A stretch of DNA of 64,000 bases from Raillietiella orientalis (lineage: Eukaryota): positions 1,674,001-1,738,000 of the forward strand of contig JAYWIR010000032.1 in NCBI GenBank assembly GCA_036172245.1, given 5' to 3'. The notes beneath the pieces are model-generated. The model did no database searches and was not told the DNA's origin. It was given only the letters and a program-made list of their open reading frames with translations. A program made the position numbers and the translations under genes. Of the stretch, positions 38,000 through 50,600 are shown in pieces. Numbering within the stretch: position 1 is the stretch's first letter; each line of letters opens with the position of its first letter.

Positions 38000-38838
38000 G
38001 TAAAGAGCGAGAGAGAGAGAAAAGCAAAACCACCAAGTGGAGCCACGCGGGTGCGCCACTGCTGGCGCGTGCACGACTCCAACTTGTGCCACGCCCGTTT
38101 GGAGCACCGTCCGGGTTTGGAGGGGCGCGTGTGAATGCCTCCCGGGGTCCAGGGTCTCCGCTGACCCCCCTCCTGTGGGGGGTCGACCCCTTTCATTCTC
38201 CTGGCTCCCCATTTCTGCGTCGCCTTCCATACTTGCGGGTCCGGTCAGTCCTGTGTGACGCGTGCACATCGAACGCAGGGCGTCGTAGTTCCCGCTTGGA
38301 CCGCGCGGAGGCGCGGTGCTCGCGCTCACCTCTCCTACCGTCCTCCTCCGCCGCCGCCGACTCCCGCCTTCCGGAAGACCTCCCGAACGAAAGGGGAAGG
38401 ATGGCCGCGCGGATGCTGCGACTCCGACGTTCGACGACCCCGACGGCGCCTCCTGGCGGCAGCGTGCATGCGCGGCGCTTCCGGAGGTGACCTCGGAACG
38501 CGAGAGAGGGCGTTGCGGGCGGCCCCTTGCGCTGCCTGGCTGCGCCCATCCGTCCTCTTCCTGCCGGAAGGTCGCCCGCGAGCCCCGCCCTCCGCTTCGG
38601 GAGATGCGGTCCCCACGTAGAAAAGAGGAAATTCCAGGATGCGAGCGCGGTGGCCGGCCCGTGGCCGTGAAGGGCAGCAGACGGAGGAGCAGGGCTGGCA
38701 CAGCCGGGGTGCGCGAGGTGCTGCCGGAGGCCGCACAGCGGCGTTGCCCGACGACGAGCTGAGGACTCCTGCTGCTCCGAGAAGGCAGCGCCCCTTGCCT
38801 CGCCTGATGCGTTTTCTCTCTTCCAGACACCCCTTGTG

Positions 38839-38950
38839 ATGAAACGTTACCCTAAGCTGATCCCCATAGTCGTCGTCTTGGGATTGGTCTCTTACGCATT
38901 CCTTTCCACGTCCACGTGGTCGTCCAATGGCTTCTACCCCTTCAGCCGAG
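38839..38950 (+). CDS. Beta-1,3-galactosyltransferase-like gene (GT31), N-terminal coding exon: cytoplasmic tail plus type II signal-anchor
   Basis: ATG at 38839 gives MKRYPKLIPIVVVLGLVSYAFLSTSTWSSNGFYPFSR(G): basic residues then a hydrophobic stretch. It follows an acceptor (ttttctctcttccag, AG at 38825-38826) and ends at a canonical donor GAG|GTGAGT (38951). The phase-1 donor matches the phase-1 acceptors of the catalytic exon. Confidence 0.85.
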
Positions 38951-39499
38951 GTGAGTCGCCCTCCTAAGCCTTCTCCTCCCCCTCCTGTCTCGCCCTTCTG
39001 CTTGGGGAGGCTCTGCGAGGTGCCCGCCCCGCGAGAAGGCACAGGGAAGAGGAGGAAAGGGGTATCCGGAGAGAAGAAAGGTGGAGGAGGAAGGGGGCAG
39101 CCAGAAGGTCGTGGGGGAAATGGAGGAAGGAAACAGAAAGAACGTTGCTGTTGCTGCTGTAAAACGACCGTTCTTCTCTCCTTCATTGAGGGAGGAACAA
39201 CTCGGTCCCTAGCGTGGAGTGAGGCGGGCAGCAGCCCCACCCATCCTGCCGCCGCTCTTTCAGAGTGACGGGGATTCCTGGCGCCCCCACAGCGGCGGCG
39301 GGATGAGTGGGGGAGCAGATCGCACTCGAGCGCTCGCATCCGTTCCTGGCGTTCTCGGCCACATCCGCTGATGCGGTTGATCCCACGTTCCCTTCACCCC
39401 TGCGCCCAGGGCACCGAGGCGCCCGCAGACGACGGCCGGGGCGACATGGCCCGAGTCCGCCGCAGCTCAGGGCTGCGGCTTGTGCAGCTTCCCAGTCGT

Positions 39500-40150
39500 G
39501 TCTGAACAGCTGCTGCTGCTCGCCGCCCGCGGTTCAGTGCTGATGCCGTTGTGAGCGAAGCGACGACGTCCTCGCCGGTCGTCGGGTGCTGAGGTCATGC
39601 GTCGTGGGCGGCCGGTTCTCTGGGGTTCCGCCGCTTGGCGTAGAGGAGCGTTGTCGTCGCGGGCTCCCATGGTGCGGATGCTCATCGTTCCCGTCGTCGG
39701 CAGCGCCCTCCGCGCTCCCTACCCGGGAAAAAGAAGTCGGTGGATCCTCCCACGGACGTGGTACGCGCGCCGGCCGGTCCTCCGGGAGTTGCGACCGATG
39801 GCCGCTGCGGTCGCGCCGGAGGTCGGTCGGTGGGTTTTTGAGAAACTTCGCCGATGCTCAGCACCAGCGAAGAGCACCGACAGCGGACTGCAGAGGGAGC
39901 CCCCATCCGCGGCTGGAGGCTGTCTGCGACCAGCCTTGGCCACACATGCGTACCGTCGTTTCCTGGAAAGGTTCCCAGGGATCAAGCGCTGCCGGACCGC
40001 GCGAGCTGTGCGCGCCCGGTGGCGGCAGCACGTGCGTCGGTCGGCGGTCATTGAGCCCAGCGTACGGGAAAATCCGAGCAGAGGCCTCCGCGCGCGCGCC
40101 GTGGCAGGGGGAGACGATTCTCCCGAAGAATTCCGGTCTTGTGGCGAGGC
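39500..40150 (-). mobile_element. Possible antisense LINE RT fragment inside the galactosyltransferase intron
   Basis: DGGSLCSPLSVLFAGAE (~GVxQGxPLSxxLF). Confidence 0.3.
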
Positions 40151-40322
40151 GACTGATCCTGGCCGCCCCTCCGCGCAGTGCCTTTCGGAAGACGTCATCT
40201 TCCTGCAGGTTCCTTCCACTCCTTCCTCCTCGTGTCTTCCTTCGCTTCCGGCGTACCCTGGTTGCCCCGCCCCCAAGCGTCCCCCGCGAGAGCCGTAGCT
40301 CCCCTCATCTCTCCCGTTCCAG

Positions 40323-41386
40323 GTCACTACAGAAGCACCCTTCCCTGTTTGATGTGCTCCAGGGTTCCCGATGGCGTTGTTGGGGATCTCCACAGCACGG
40401 AAAGTCAGGAACCTTCCGGTGCCAGTCTAGTCAACAACACTACGAAGCCGGAGCTCCTCCACGGAGAGTCCCCCGTTGCGTCGCTCGTCTCCACGAAGAA
40501 GGCGGACGTCGCGGAGAAGGAGCAAGCCGACGCCACGCGGAAGGTCGCCTCCGACTCACCGCGGGCCCGCCCCCTGGACAAGTTCCGCAACGGCTTTAGC
40601 ATCAGCGAAGAGTACTGCCCCGATCACGGACTGGGCCTCAAGGTGGTCATCATGATCAGCAGTGCCTGCACCAACGAGAACAAGCGACTCGCCATCCGCC
40701 AGACTTGGGGTCACTACGGCATGAGGAGGGACGTGGTGATCCTGTTCGTGCTGGGGCAACCCAAGAGCACCAGCGTCCAGGATCGCTTGGAGAAAGAACA
40801 GTACATTTTCAGGGACCTCATCCAAGGTCGTTTCCTGGATTCGTACAGGAACCTGACTTTAAAATCCATCTACATGCTTGAGTGGCTGGACATGTACTGC
40901 TACAACGCCATGTTCATTCTCAAGACCGACGACGACATGTTCATCAACGTCCCCCGGCTCATCGCCTTTATCAACCAGCACTCCAGCGCCAAGAGGACCA
41001 TCTTTGGCAGGCTGGCAGTGAAGTGGAAACCCGTGCGGTCCAAGCAGTCCAAGTACTACTTGGACCCCGCGGTGTACAACGAATCCTATTTGCCGAACTT
41101 TCTGACAGGACCTGCATACCTGTTCACCGGAGACATCATCCCGGAGCTGAACGACCAGGCGCAGAGAGAGTCCCTGATCCCCCTGGAGGACGTCTACATC
41201 ACGGGGATAGTCGCCGGCAAGCTCAAGATAAACCGCGTGAGCGACAGACAGTTCAAGAACACGAGATCGAAGAAGCTGAACTTCTGCGAGGCGAAGAGCA
41301 TCATCAGCATGCACGAGGTCAGCCACGGCGACCAGTTCGAGCTATGGAAGATGCTCTCCAACAGTGTTCCTCTCAAGTGCAAGTAA
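40323..41386 (+). CDS. B3GALT1-like: Beta-1,3-galactosyltransferase-like (GT31 / Galactosyl_T) stem plus catalytic exon; spliced product about 391 aa. Orthology within the family not established.
   Basis: Intact ORF with GT31 motifs: RLAIRQTWG, ILFVLG, DLIQGRFLDSYRNLTLKS, FILKTDDDMFIN (DxD), PNFLTGPAY, EDVYITG. Acceptor ctctcccgttccag (AG at 40321-40322), with an alternative in-frame acceptor at 40207-40208. Stop TAA at 41384-41386. Candidate AATAAA signals at 42627 and 42661. Confidence 0.93.
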
Positions 41387-42719
41387 CGTGATAGTGATAT
41401 GTAGATTCCTGTGATATATTCAAAGTGATAGATTTATTTTTGTTTACAAGAGTGAAAAAAGAAAAGAGCGATAGTTTTTCTTAAGACTGATGGTAGACCT
41501 CCCTCCGGTCTCATCCAAGAGTGCGTGTGCGTGTTTTTTTTGATGTTGACAACGAAGAGCACTTTTTTTTTTTTTTTAATACCAATTTTTTGTTTCTTTT
41601 GGTCTCTCCATGACATGCTGTGACTTGCCGTGAGTATCCCTTTAGCCCTCTCCCCATTTTCCGTTTGCGAGACTCTTGTGCCGGCAAGATTATATCCCTG
41701 CGGTCCCTCCCGGAACTCTGCAGTGTTCCCCGCTCGCATCCGAACCCTCCTCGGAGGTTTCTTTTTCCCCGGACCGAGACCAAGGGACCACGGATTCGCC
41801 CTAGCTGTTTCCAGAAACAGCTGCCTTAAGGGAACTCGCGCGAAGGATCTTTCCTCTCGGCCGAGCTGCCCGGTTTCGTTCCCGTCCCTTCTGACAGCCT
41901 CCCTCCCTCCCTCCCTCTCCCCCAACAGCCGGATGGGTCACTGTGCGAAGTTGAGACGGAGGAAGACTCCTATTGCGGAAAAGTACCTGATCGACGCATC
42001 GCTGGGTACTGAAGGCATCCTTGGCCTTCAGGGATTCTCGGCACACGAGGAAGGCGGAAGTTAGCCCCCCCCCCTTCCGAAAGACTCGGACGGGTAGCGC
42101 CGGAGGCCCCGAATTGTGCTGGCACGAAGGCGCCGAAGAACCCTCCGGCCACATGGACGTGATTTCCCGCGCGCATCGCAGGGAGCGAAGTTCGGGAGGA
42201 AGGAACGGCAACGGAGGAAGCAGGGAGGCTGCGTGTGATAACGGAGTAGGGCGAGGTTCCGGTTCGTTCCGGACTGCTGTGTGATCGGTACGGATGCAGT
42301 CGCGAGTCGCCGTCGACGCCAGAGGCTGGCAGCAGACTGCCTGGGGAAAATTCGTTCGGAGGGAGCTACCCTCGGTGAGGAAAAAAAAAAAAAAAAAAAA
42401 AACAAGGGAAGGTATTACCTTGCGGATTCCGGGAGAGCTGCTGACCGCCTTCGCAATCGGAAGACTCGTAATTGACAGAAGCGTCGTTGTTGACAGTGGC
42501 AACGGAGATATCAGTTTGAGCTTTACATTGTGACTTGCTCACTTTGCTCAGCTTGGCCAGAGTCCAAGATGAGCTCTTCAATTTTTCTTTTTTTGTTCTT
42601 TTTTAACAAATATCAGTAAGACTTTGAATAAAAACTTTGCACAGCGCATCTCGTTTCCAAAATAAAGCTGTTGTGGCAAGAGAATCTGCCGCAGCGAAGT
42701 TCGGTCGACGAAGGTTTGG

Positions 42720-43100
42720 GAGCGAGGTGGTTTCAGAGGTTTGGGAAGCATCACGTCTGCCGTTGGAAACGCATATTTGCCCTGGTCCGGATGCCCTGGT
42801 CGGTGGTGCGGCGGGTGTGTGCGGTGTGGCCCACCACGTTGAATGCTTCCGTTTGTAAGGCTTGGAAAGTTGGGAGAGGTGCGAGAGCGGTTCGTCATCT
42901 TGGACATCGGAACACCGTTCACCCAGTCTCTGCGCAGCAAGAGTGGAAATCTTCTCGGGATCGTAAAGAGGAAAGTGAATGAACTGCAGGCCCCAAGATC
43001 CCGAGATCGCTGAGGTTTGAAGGTGGTTTGATGGGGGGGGGATGCCACTCGGAATTGCAGTTGAGATCTCGCGCAAATCATCGGGCTGTCGGGGCGAGGT
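42720..43100 (-). mobile_element. Possible decayed THAP domain (DNA transposon remnant)
   Basis: FTIP....RRDWV...RTSPNF...PGHPD..FPT spacing resembles THAP. Confidence 0.3.
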
Positions 43101-44028
43101 CGGGCAGTGCGCATGCGAAGTGCGCTCGTGCCAGACTGCTCCTAGGCCGCTTGTGTCCCGGCGTTCGCCGTCGCGCGCGCGTTTCGGAATGCACGCTTGT
43201 GGCACGTCACGCTTTTTCCGTGCGTTTTCGGGGAGTTCGTCAGCACCGAGAGAGAGATGCTGTGCCGATTTCCGATGAACCGGCCAGCCTCTTCGAGCGA
43301 CCTTAGTGCTCACGCAGGAATACTTCGCTTGAGAATCTCGGGCTCGAGTTTCAGGAGTTTTTTTTCTTCTTCTTTTTTACTTGTGAAGGCTTGCGTACCA
43401 TCCCAGCATCTCAGCGCATCTTCTTTCCCCATCGATTCGTTCCTTTTGCGTGCTGATGTCATGCACGGAACATCTTTGGGGGATTGGGGGGAAGGGGATG
43501 AAACAAAACAGAACAAAACAGCGAAACAAGAAACGACTCTAACGTCTCGTTCCGATGGGTGTTGTGCTAGATGATGCAGACCAGTGACAACTTGGCGACC
43601 TGTTACCGAGAGACTGGTGGCGGAGGACTGATCGCTGGGTTCTTCATTGTCTTAGACTGTCTCGATGTTGATCCTCCGACTTAGGGGCAACACGAGTCTG
43701 GTGCCAAGCAGAGCCGCACGCACCGGCCTGTGCGCTTCCGTGCATGTTATGTGAGCTACGTTTAGCGATGCGCCTTGACGGCCAAACGTCCTCGATAAAG
43801 TGATGGAGGATGTTGCGCTTCAGTTGCGGAGTTTCGTCTCCTTGGGAAAGCGCGCATCTTCGCCTTGGATTTCTGCGGAACTTGCTCGAGCTGCAGTAGC
43901 ATTTTGGGACGGTCTCATCTGCGGCATTCCTGCATGCTGGAGCATCCAGACGAGAAACGGTTATTCCAGATTGCTAAGGTGCTTGCAACGATTCTTTGAT
44001 CTCCTCCAGCCTGATTTTCGATGAGTGG

Positions 44029-44196
44029 TTTCCATTTGATTCTGTCGAATTTCCATTGTTTGATTCGTTCATATTTCCATTGTTTGATTCCGTCCAATTC
44101 CCATTGTTTGATTCGTTCATATTTCCATTGTTTGATTCCTTCCGATTTCCATTGTTTGATTCCTTCCGATTTCTATTGTTTGACTGTCCGATTTCC
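44029..44196. repeat. Minisatellite, 24-bp unit, about 6.5 copies
   Basis: Unit ATTTCCATTGTTTGATTC(G/C)TTC(AT/CG). Confidence 0.92.
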
Positions 44197-45099
44197 GGCA
44201 GTTCGTGCTGAGCAAGCAAAGCGGTAGTTAATCCCTTTTTCAGGTCTTTTTTTTTTTTTTCGTTCAACGCGTTACACAGGTGAAACTTCAGATGAACGAA
44301 TTCCGGTACGGACGAAAGTTTTCTCATTGTTGGGGAGCTTATTTGAGAGGGCCGAAGGAACGCTTCTGCAGCGCGTATGGCGTGAAACAGAGGTTTCGTA
44401 ATGGCCTGATGATATCAGACGCTGGCGCGCTGCAGCCTGTTCTCAGAACATCACCGAACTCTTACTGGCTACGTGGAACGAAGCATTTGCTTTGGTTCCG
44501 CCCAAACTCTTATCTTGGAATTTTGGAGAGCGCGTACTCCACTGACTTTTGGTGTTTTCAAGCACGGCAAACTCCACGGTGAGCCCGAGCGGACCTGGGG
44601 AGGGCGTTCGGTTCGTGCAGAACTGGAATGTTCCCCTCCTTGCGCATTTTTGAACCTTCGCTTTTCGTCTTTTTTTTGACGACATCGAAGCCACCTCTGC
44701 TGTTGCATCCGGAATGTACTGAGCACTTCGTTCCATGGGGCTCGCGTGGATTGACGTTGGTTTGCAGCCGTCCCTGGAACTCTTGGGGGTTGGTTTCCAC
44801 CGCACGTGCGGAATTGCCAAGGTGCTCTCCCAAATCGGTCCTTGTACTCTGCGGAACTTCAGAAGCAGATCCTGCTGTAACGAATGCTCCATCCAAGAGC
44901 AGAAGGAGCAAGGGTGGGAGCCCGATCTTGCATCCGCGGTTTTTAGGAGACGTCCCAGCCGGCGCTTAGCAACTACCAGTTCCTAGCACTCGTTCTAAGA
45001 ATTCCCTTGGAAAATTCCTTCAAAGACACATGCAAGCTCTCTCGACTATCGGGACAGTACCATCTGCACCGCCGCACATGCTGTACTTTGATCTTAGGC

Positions 45100-46880
45100 T
45101 AGAGGCTGCACGTGCTTGTCTCCTCCATTTTCTCCTCTCTCCTCTGCCAGGAGCGTGCTGCTACATCCGCATCTCTCTCAGGCAGAGAAAAGGAAAGTGA
45201 GCACCACCCATGAATACCCTCTTCCTCCTTCCTCCCGTGGACCATTCTTCTGATGCGCCATCTACAGTGGAATCTGATCCCATTCTTCCTCCCCTCTTCC
45301 TCTAGCTCTAGTTCTGTTAAGTGGCCACCCCTGAGAAGAAAAGCCACGGCGGGTCTGCCTTGGAAATGCGTCGAGTTTGCAAGAACAAGCAACACGCCCT
45401 CCCATTTCTTATTCTCCTCTTTGTGTTCCTTTGGTGTTTCCCCTTTCGTTCCGGAGAGAGCCTCCTGCCCGGCTAGGGTACATTGGGACTCGTGAGGATG
45501 ATGATGCGCATTTCTGTAGGACCGGCGTGCTCCCAGTCGAAGTCCTCCGGCCCGTCGCCATCGCTGAACGGGTCTTCGGCAGGCTGGCGGCGAAGTAGAG
45601 GAGGCCCGTGCGAACTCGAGCCGCCCAAGTGCTGCTTAAACCCCAGAGCGGGAAGCGAACTTCATTACAGAACATCTTGAGAGCTCGCGTGCTCGTGGTG
45701 CCATGCTGGACTCCTGCCATGCTGCGGGATTCCTCGCGAGCGGTTGTTCTTTGTTTTTTTTCCTTTTTTTACGCTGCTTGGGGAGCTGATCGGTTGCTTC
45801 AGAGAGAGAAGAAAAACAAAAAGGAGAAGAAAAGAAAATGGCAGGCTGCTCTTTCTCCAGAGGTATCTCCTTCCTCCTTTCAGAGGGAAAAAGGGGACGG
45901 CGACCTTCCGTGCCGTTTCAAGAAGACGGGAGTTGGTTCCTCCGTGCCAAGGTCGAAACCGGAAGACGTCTCTCGCCTACTGCCTCCGCCTCGCCCGAAC
46001 TCGGTGCTGCGCCGCAGCGGGGATACTCCGAAGATTCCGTTGCGCAGCAAAGTCGATTTCGTCCGCGTACTTCCGGAGCGGTGCCTGATCTGCCTCTCTC
46101 TTGCTACACCACCGAGAGCACCTGGAGTTTGCAGTAGGACGCTGACCACATCCCTCTCCGGGTGCCGAAAACGTTCCATGTGAGAGGAAAAGACGTTCGC
46201 GAGGGATGCTGCGCTCCCGGATCCAGAGTTTGGCTCGCGATCCTTCCCACTTCCTGTGATCTCGGAAGACCACTATGTTAGCAGCTAGTCGGAGGAGGAA
46301 GGAAGATGACCTTCAAGACTGGCGCTGATGTCGCGCTGCTGGCTGTGAAGGTAAAGATCCAAGAGGCTCTGGCAGCGGGAGGAAATTCGAACGTGGTCCC
46401 AGCAACCGAGTGAAAACGCACAGACGCTGAATGTCTGGTCTCCATCCCGCTCTTTGCTTCCAGAACTGTCCCTGGCCACCTCGATCCTTCCTTCGCAAGG
46501 CATGAAGCACTCTTCCGTTGTTTCCTGAAGCGTTCTTTCCGTACAGGAATTTTCTCGATGGGACACAAAGGTGGTGACTCTGCCAAAGTCCTCGCGTTCC
46601 CCTTCGCCTGTACAAGAAAGTCCGGTGGGTCTTCCATGCCAGGAAGACCGAACTCCCGAAGTGCGTGCCTGGCAGCGCAGCGGATTTCTGGACTCGGGGG
46701 ACTGTGGAAATTCCGGATAACTCGGGGACGCTCTCGGATGATCTTCCGGTGGAACGGGGTCCGAATGCGCCGCATAGCACCGTGGTAGCGGATGTGTGAC
46801 GTAGCAGCTGCTGCGCTGGCCGAATGCACGATGTCGCGAAGAAAAGGAGGGGGGGCGGTTGCCCAGGCCATCAACGTGCA
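45100..46880 (-). mobile_element. Degraded LINE reverse transcriptase
   Basis: LPGMEDPPDF (~PGxDGxPxEF), WRPDIQRLCVFTRLL (~WRPISLL..YK), GLLYF, IIILTS. Confidence 0.65.
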
Positions 46881-47199
46881 TTCTCTCCCACGAGCTCTTC
46901 TGAATCGCCTCTTGCCACGAAAAAAAAAAAATTTCTTTTCAGTTTCGACTTCTTGAGAAACGACCGACCTACGACCTACGAGAGGATTGGCGGCTTCCGC
47001 ACCAAGAAAGTGCCCGATATTCCGCCACTCGCAGTGCTTTCCTCCTCTCTCGCCCCCTCAGGACTTCTTCTCTCCCCCCTTCCCCCTCCTCTTCCCTTTC
47101 TGAAACTTCTCTTTCTTTTTTCTTCTTTGGTTCCTTGGTTCACCTTCGTCCTTTGCTTCTCCAACCTCTGCGCCTCTTCCGGCATCTTCTGCAGAGGTC

Positions 47200-47700
47200 C
47201 TCTTGCATTGTGTGTCTGCGGTGCCAGACTGGCTGCGTTTCCCTCGCGTCTTTCTCCTAGAACGGTGGTCCCGGCACCGCCACAGCTGGGAACAGTGAAC
47301 TCTCCTTTCGAAGGCTACTACTCTTGCTCCAGCACGACGGATGCAGCAGCTATAGGATCGGTTTTCCGAGGGTCGGGTCGTTATCTTAGGGAGCATAGGT
47401 GGGGCTCCTCCTGGTCGCCGCTTTTGCGGCCCAGCTTGGCCGTGACACATCATGGAAATGGCGACGCGAGGGGCGTTGCCATGGCAAAGCACTGGGCGTG
47501 GTTTCTCCCAATGCTGCCTTTGCCCGCTGCAATCGGAAAGCATCTGAAAGATAGGGTGGGCGAACTCGGTTCCCTGGGGATCCGACATCTCAAGCGAGGT
47601 GTGTGCCGTCTTCGACGGAAGAGGAGGACTTCTAGATGGAAAGCACTCGTTCGTGGCGGCTGAAATGACGGGTGCATATGCCAACGTCTCCGTCGATATC
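47200..47700 (-). mobile_element. LINE ORF2 C-terminal fragment
   Basis: SYSCCIRRAGARVVAFE resembles IATIGCIRAIVATRHVLE of the 5580-7587 copy. Confidence 0.4.
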
Positions 47701-48900
47701 CCCTTCTGTTCCTAATCCCAGTGAGGGGAAGAAGGGTGTTCTCTCCGAAGCAATCCGACGTTTGCAACGACGGCGCGCTCAGCTACCGATCCGGAGACCC
47801 CGCGCAGGCCGATTTCGAGAGCACTCGCGAAGATCAACAAGCTGACGGTGTGTCGCCCAAGGTCCAACACCGACGGGACACCCGATGAAGGGCCCACCTC
47901 AAAGGATGGCACACCCTGAGGGTGGCCGAGAGAGGACGTGCTCAGCAGAGTCTCCAGAAGGAGGTGAGTGGACTTTCACACGGAGGCTTCTCCTGGTACC
48001 CGAAACTCCCGACGCTGAGCGATCTTAGCGGCGAGCCGGCCGTTCCCACATCAGCAAGAGGGCAGCCTCCGTTGCTGAACGCGAGCAGTGGATCCGCTCT
48101 TGGCCCGCAGCGTCCACCCTGGAGTGGTCGAGGACGCGGCAAAATAGTTCCCTTGCAACTCCGAACCTTTCAAATAAATCTCTCCTGAGCCATAGGCAAG
48201 CGCCACAGGCCCAGCAGGGAGCGACCTGCTGGGAGCACGAAGAGTGGGAGGCGGAAAGAGAAAAGGAGAGCACCAGGAAAGGGAGCAGCGCCTGTCGAGG
48301 TCTTTCCTGACTGCGGGACGAGACCCTCGATGCACACCAGCTTCAGCGGTACACCCGGAGGAAAGGCAGCCTGGCCATCTATGTCTTTGTACTCTGAGGA
48401 CGACGTCCTCCTTCTGGTGACAAGATCTCCAGGATGCGGGAAGAAATGTAGGGGAGATCCTCCCCAGCTTCTACCCGCTTCTTCCTGTGCCCCTCTGTAC
48501 AAACCCCTCACCTCAGCAAGAGGAACACCTAACTCCCGGACAGCCTTTCCCAAGTTTCCATCTCCTTCAATATGCCTATCCAAACTACATCCTTCATTCC
48601 CCATTCGTAGCTTTCATCTCCCCGTCCCAGTTTGCTCTCCATGGAAAAAAAACCCTGGTGCGCCATCGATACCCGGGAGCGCTGCGTAGTCTGGTAGGGG
48701 CCTTGTTAAGCCGGATCACCCACACTGGCGTCCTGGGCTGGGAGGCAGATCCACGGCCGCGTTGCGACGAGAAAGGACATCATCTGCATTTCTTCGGGAG
48801 TGTTGGAAACGGACCAGCCCACGATCGAAGCCGGTTCGCATGGATATCTTCTCCTCCACATCCGAGATCTCATTGGGATATCTGCTGCCACCACCAAGAT
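47700..48900 (+). mobile_element. Degraded LINE RT (domains 3-7)
   Basis: VDFHTEA (~VDFxKAF) and SLYSEDDVLLL (~LYADDVLL). 48063-48171 is an inverted homologue of 49494-49615. Confidence 0.65.
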
Positions 48901-48949
48901 CTGCGCCGACCGCGGTGAATCCAAGGGAGCTCGCGCTCGAACTCTTCCT

Positions 48950-50600
48950 CTTAGCGACCTACCTGCTCGCCGGAACCTGAGGACTTGCCGTTCTCGGTGG
49001 AGGGAACGCCAGAAGGAACAGATGGCTCAATCCTCGGGGATCAGTCGCTTGCTCCGAGGTCGCTTGCTTCCACAGTCCATTCCTTAGAGGGTTCCGACTT
49101 CCATGGCGACCACCTTCCTGCTTTCCATAACAACCCACCCCTTCTCTCGGGACGTGACGGGTTTCGTGACCCAGCATTTGGTGTTGCCGATCCTCGTGGC
49201 CCACTGGGAGAGGCATGGTGAATGGGGCAGTTCGACGCTTCGGCGACCGAGAACGCCCGACCCATTCGAAGGTGGAAGATAGGTCGAGGCCATTCCTCTT
49301 CCAGGAGCTCTCTGATGGTTTGACTTGAAGAACGAGACTCCGCTCTTTCCTCTTTCTTCGAGGCGACCCAGCCAAAACCTAAGATGATGATCATGATGTC
49401 GGAGTTCGACGGTCCAGCTGATGGAGACAATGATCCCCCATCTTCACAAAGCCGACCATCGGCCACCTCACTGGCAGGATGCCGCACCACGCGAAAGGGT
49501 TCGGAGTTGCAGGGAAGGAATTTTGTCGCAGTCTCAACCGCGTGCTTGACCAGTCCAGGGTGGTCGCTGCTGGCCAAAGACAGATCTACTGCGCACGTTC
49601 AGCAGCGGAGGCTGGCTGACTCCCGAAGATCGATTGGCCTCTCGTCCCAACATGCGGTCGAGCTTTGAGATCGACTTGTGCGAAGGCGACCGGTCGGCTT
49701 TCCTCTGCCCCGTCCTGACCGGATGGCCTTCTTTCGTTGCGAGCTTTGCTGACCCCTTTGTGTGGAGCAGTTGGTCCCCACCCAGTCGCTCAGGAGACTG
49801 GTCTTCCTTGACCGGGTCCTCCTCCCCTCACGGGTCCCTTACTCACCAGGGGGTACCCGCGGGTTCGTTCTAGCCGGGGGGGAAAACTGGTCCGCCTTCC
49901 TCCCGGAGGAGAAGCAACTTGCCCTGTCCCCGTTTCGCGACAGGGTGTCTGCTTTCCAGAAGTGCAGCAGCAGCACGGGAACTCCTTGTTGCTTTCCTCT
50001 TCCGGTCCTGTCTTGTGACTTGGAGTAACTTCCCGCGGAAGGCAATCCTCCAAGATACCCAGGCATGCCCTTCTACCTGATGTTCGTCGCGAGGAAGTTT
50101 AGGATGCCTCTGAGTTAAGCCCTCTTCTGAGTCGGTGGGACGAGGAAGAGTTGGATCGTGCCGCTGTGTGGGAAATGGTGACATGCAGGGTCGCAGAGGT
50201 CACCGAGTCCGTCGCTCGACGCGAAGCGCCTCTGCGCGCGAACGGAGCCACGCCCAAGAACCTCCTCGAAGACTAAGATTGAATGAACTTCGAGATCCCG
50301 AGCTTGCTGACCGACGCTTCCGTCTTGGCCCCTTGACAACCAGCAGACCGCCACCATGGCTGGTGCTCCTGGTCTCCCTCCTGGAAGCGAGCAGCGTTTA
50401 CCCGCGCCCTCGACAGGCGAATGCCCAAAGCGCTCACCGTCTGCGCATGCGGCAGGCTGCACCCTGGGCGAGAAGGCCTCCACACAAGGTGCGCACCTGA
50501 GCACTCCCTTTTCTCCAGGCTCCCCACCAGTTGCCTCTCGGCGGCGCTCCCCTGCCTCCTGTGAGTCCGGGGCTGCGCTCCCCTCGCGCACCACTTCCGA
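48950..50600 (-). mobile_element. Degraded LINE RT, convergent with 47700-48900
   Basis: WRIAF..SYSK, VDLKA..DR, SDIMIII, plus nucleotide homology to 48063-48171. Confidence 0.6.

Noticed and set aside
40178..40322. ORF-track start of the galactosyltransferase
   Set aside because: Starts at GTG in pyrimidine-rich, probably intronic sequence; a proper signal-anchor exon exists upstream.
35728..44196. Tandem repeats at 35728 and 44029 as CRISPR-like arrays
   Set aside because: Units are directly adjacent with no unique spacers; eukaryotic context; no cas genes.
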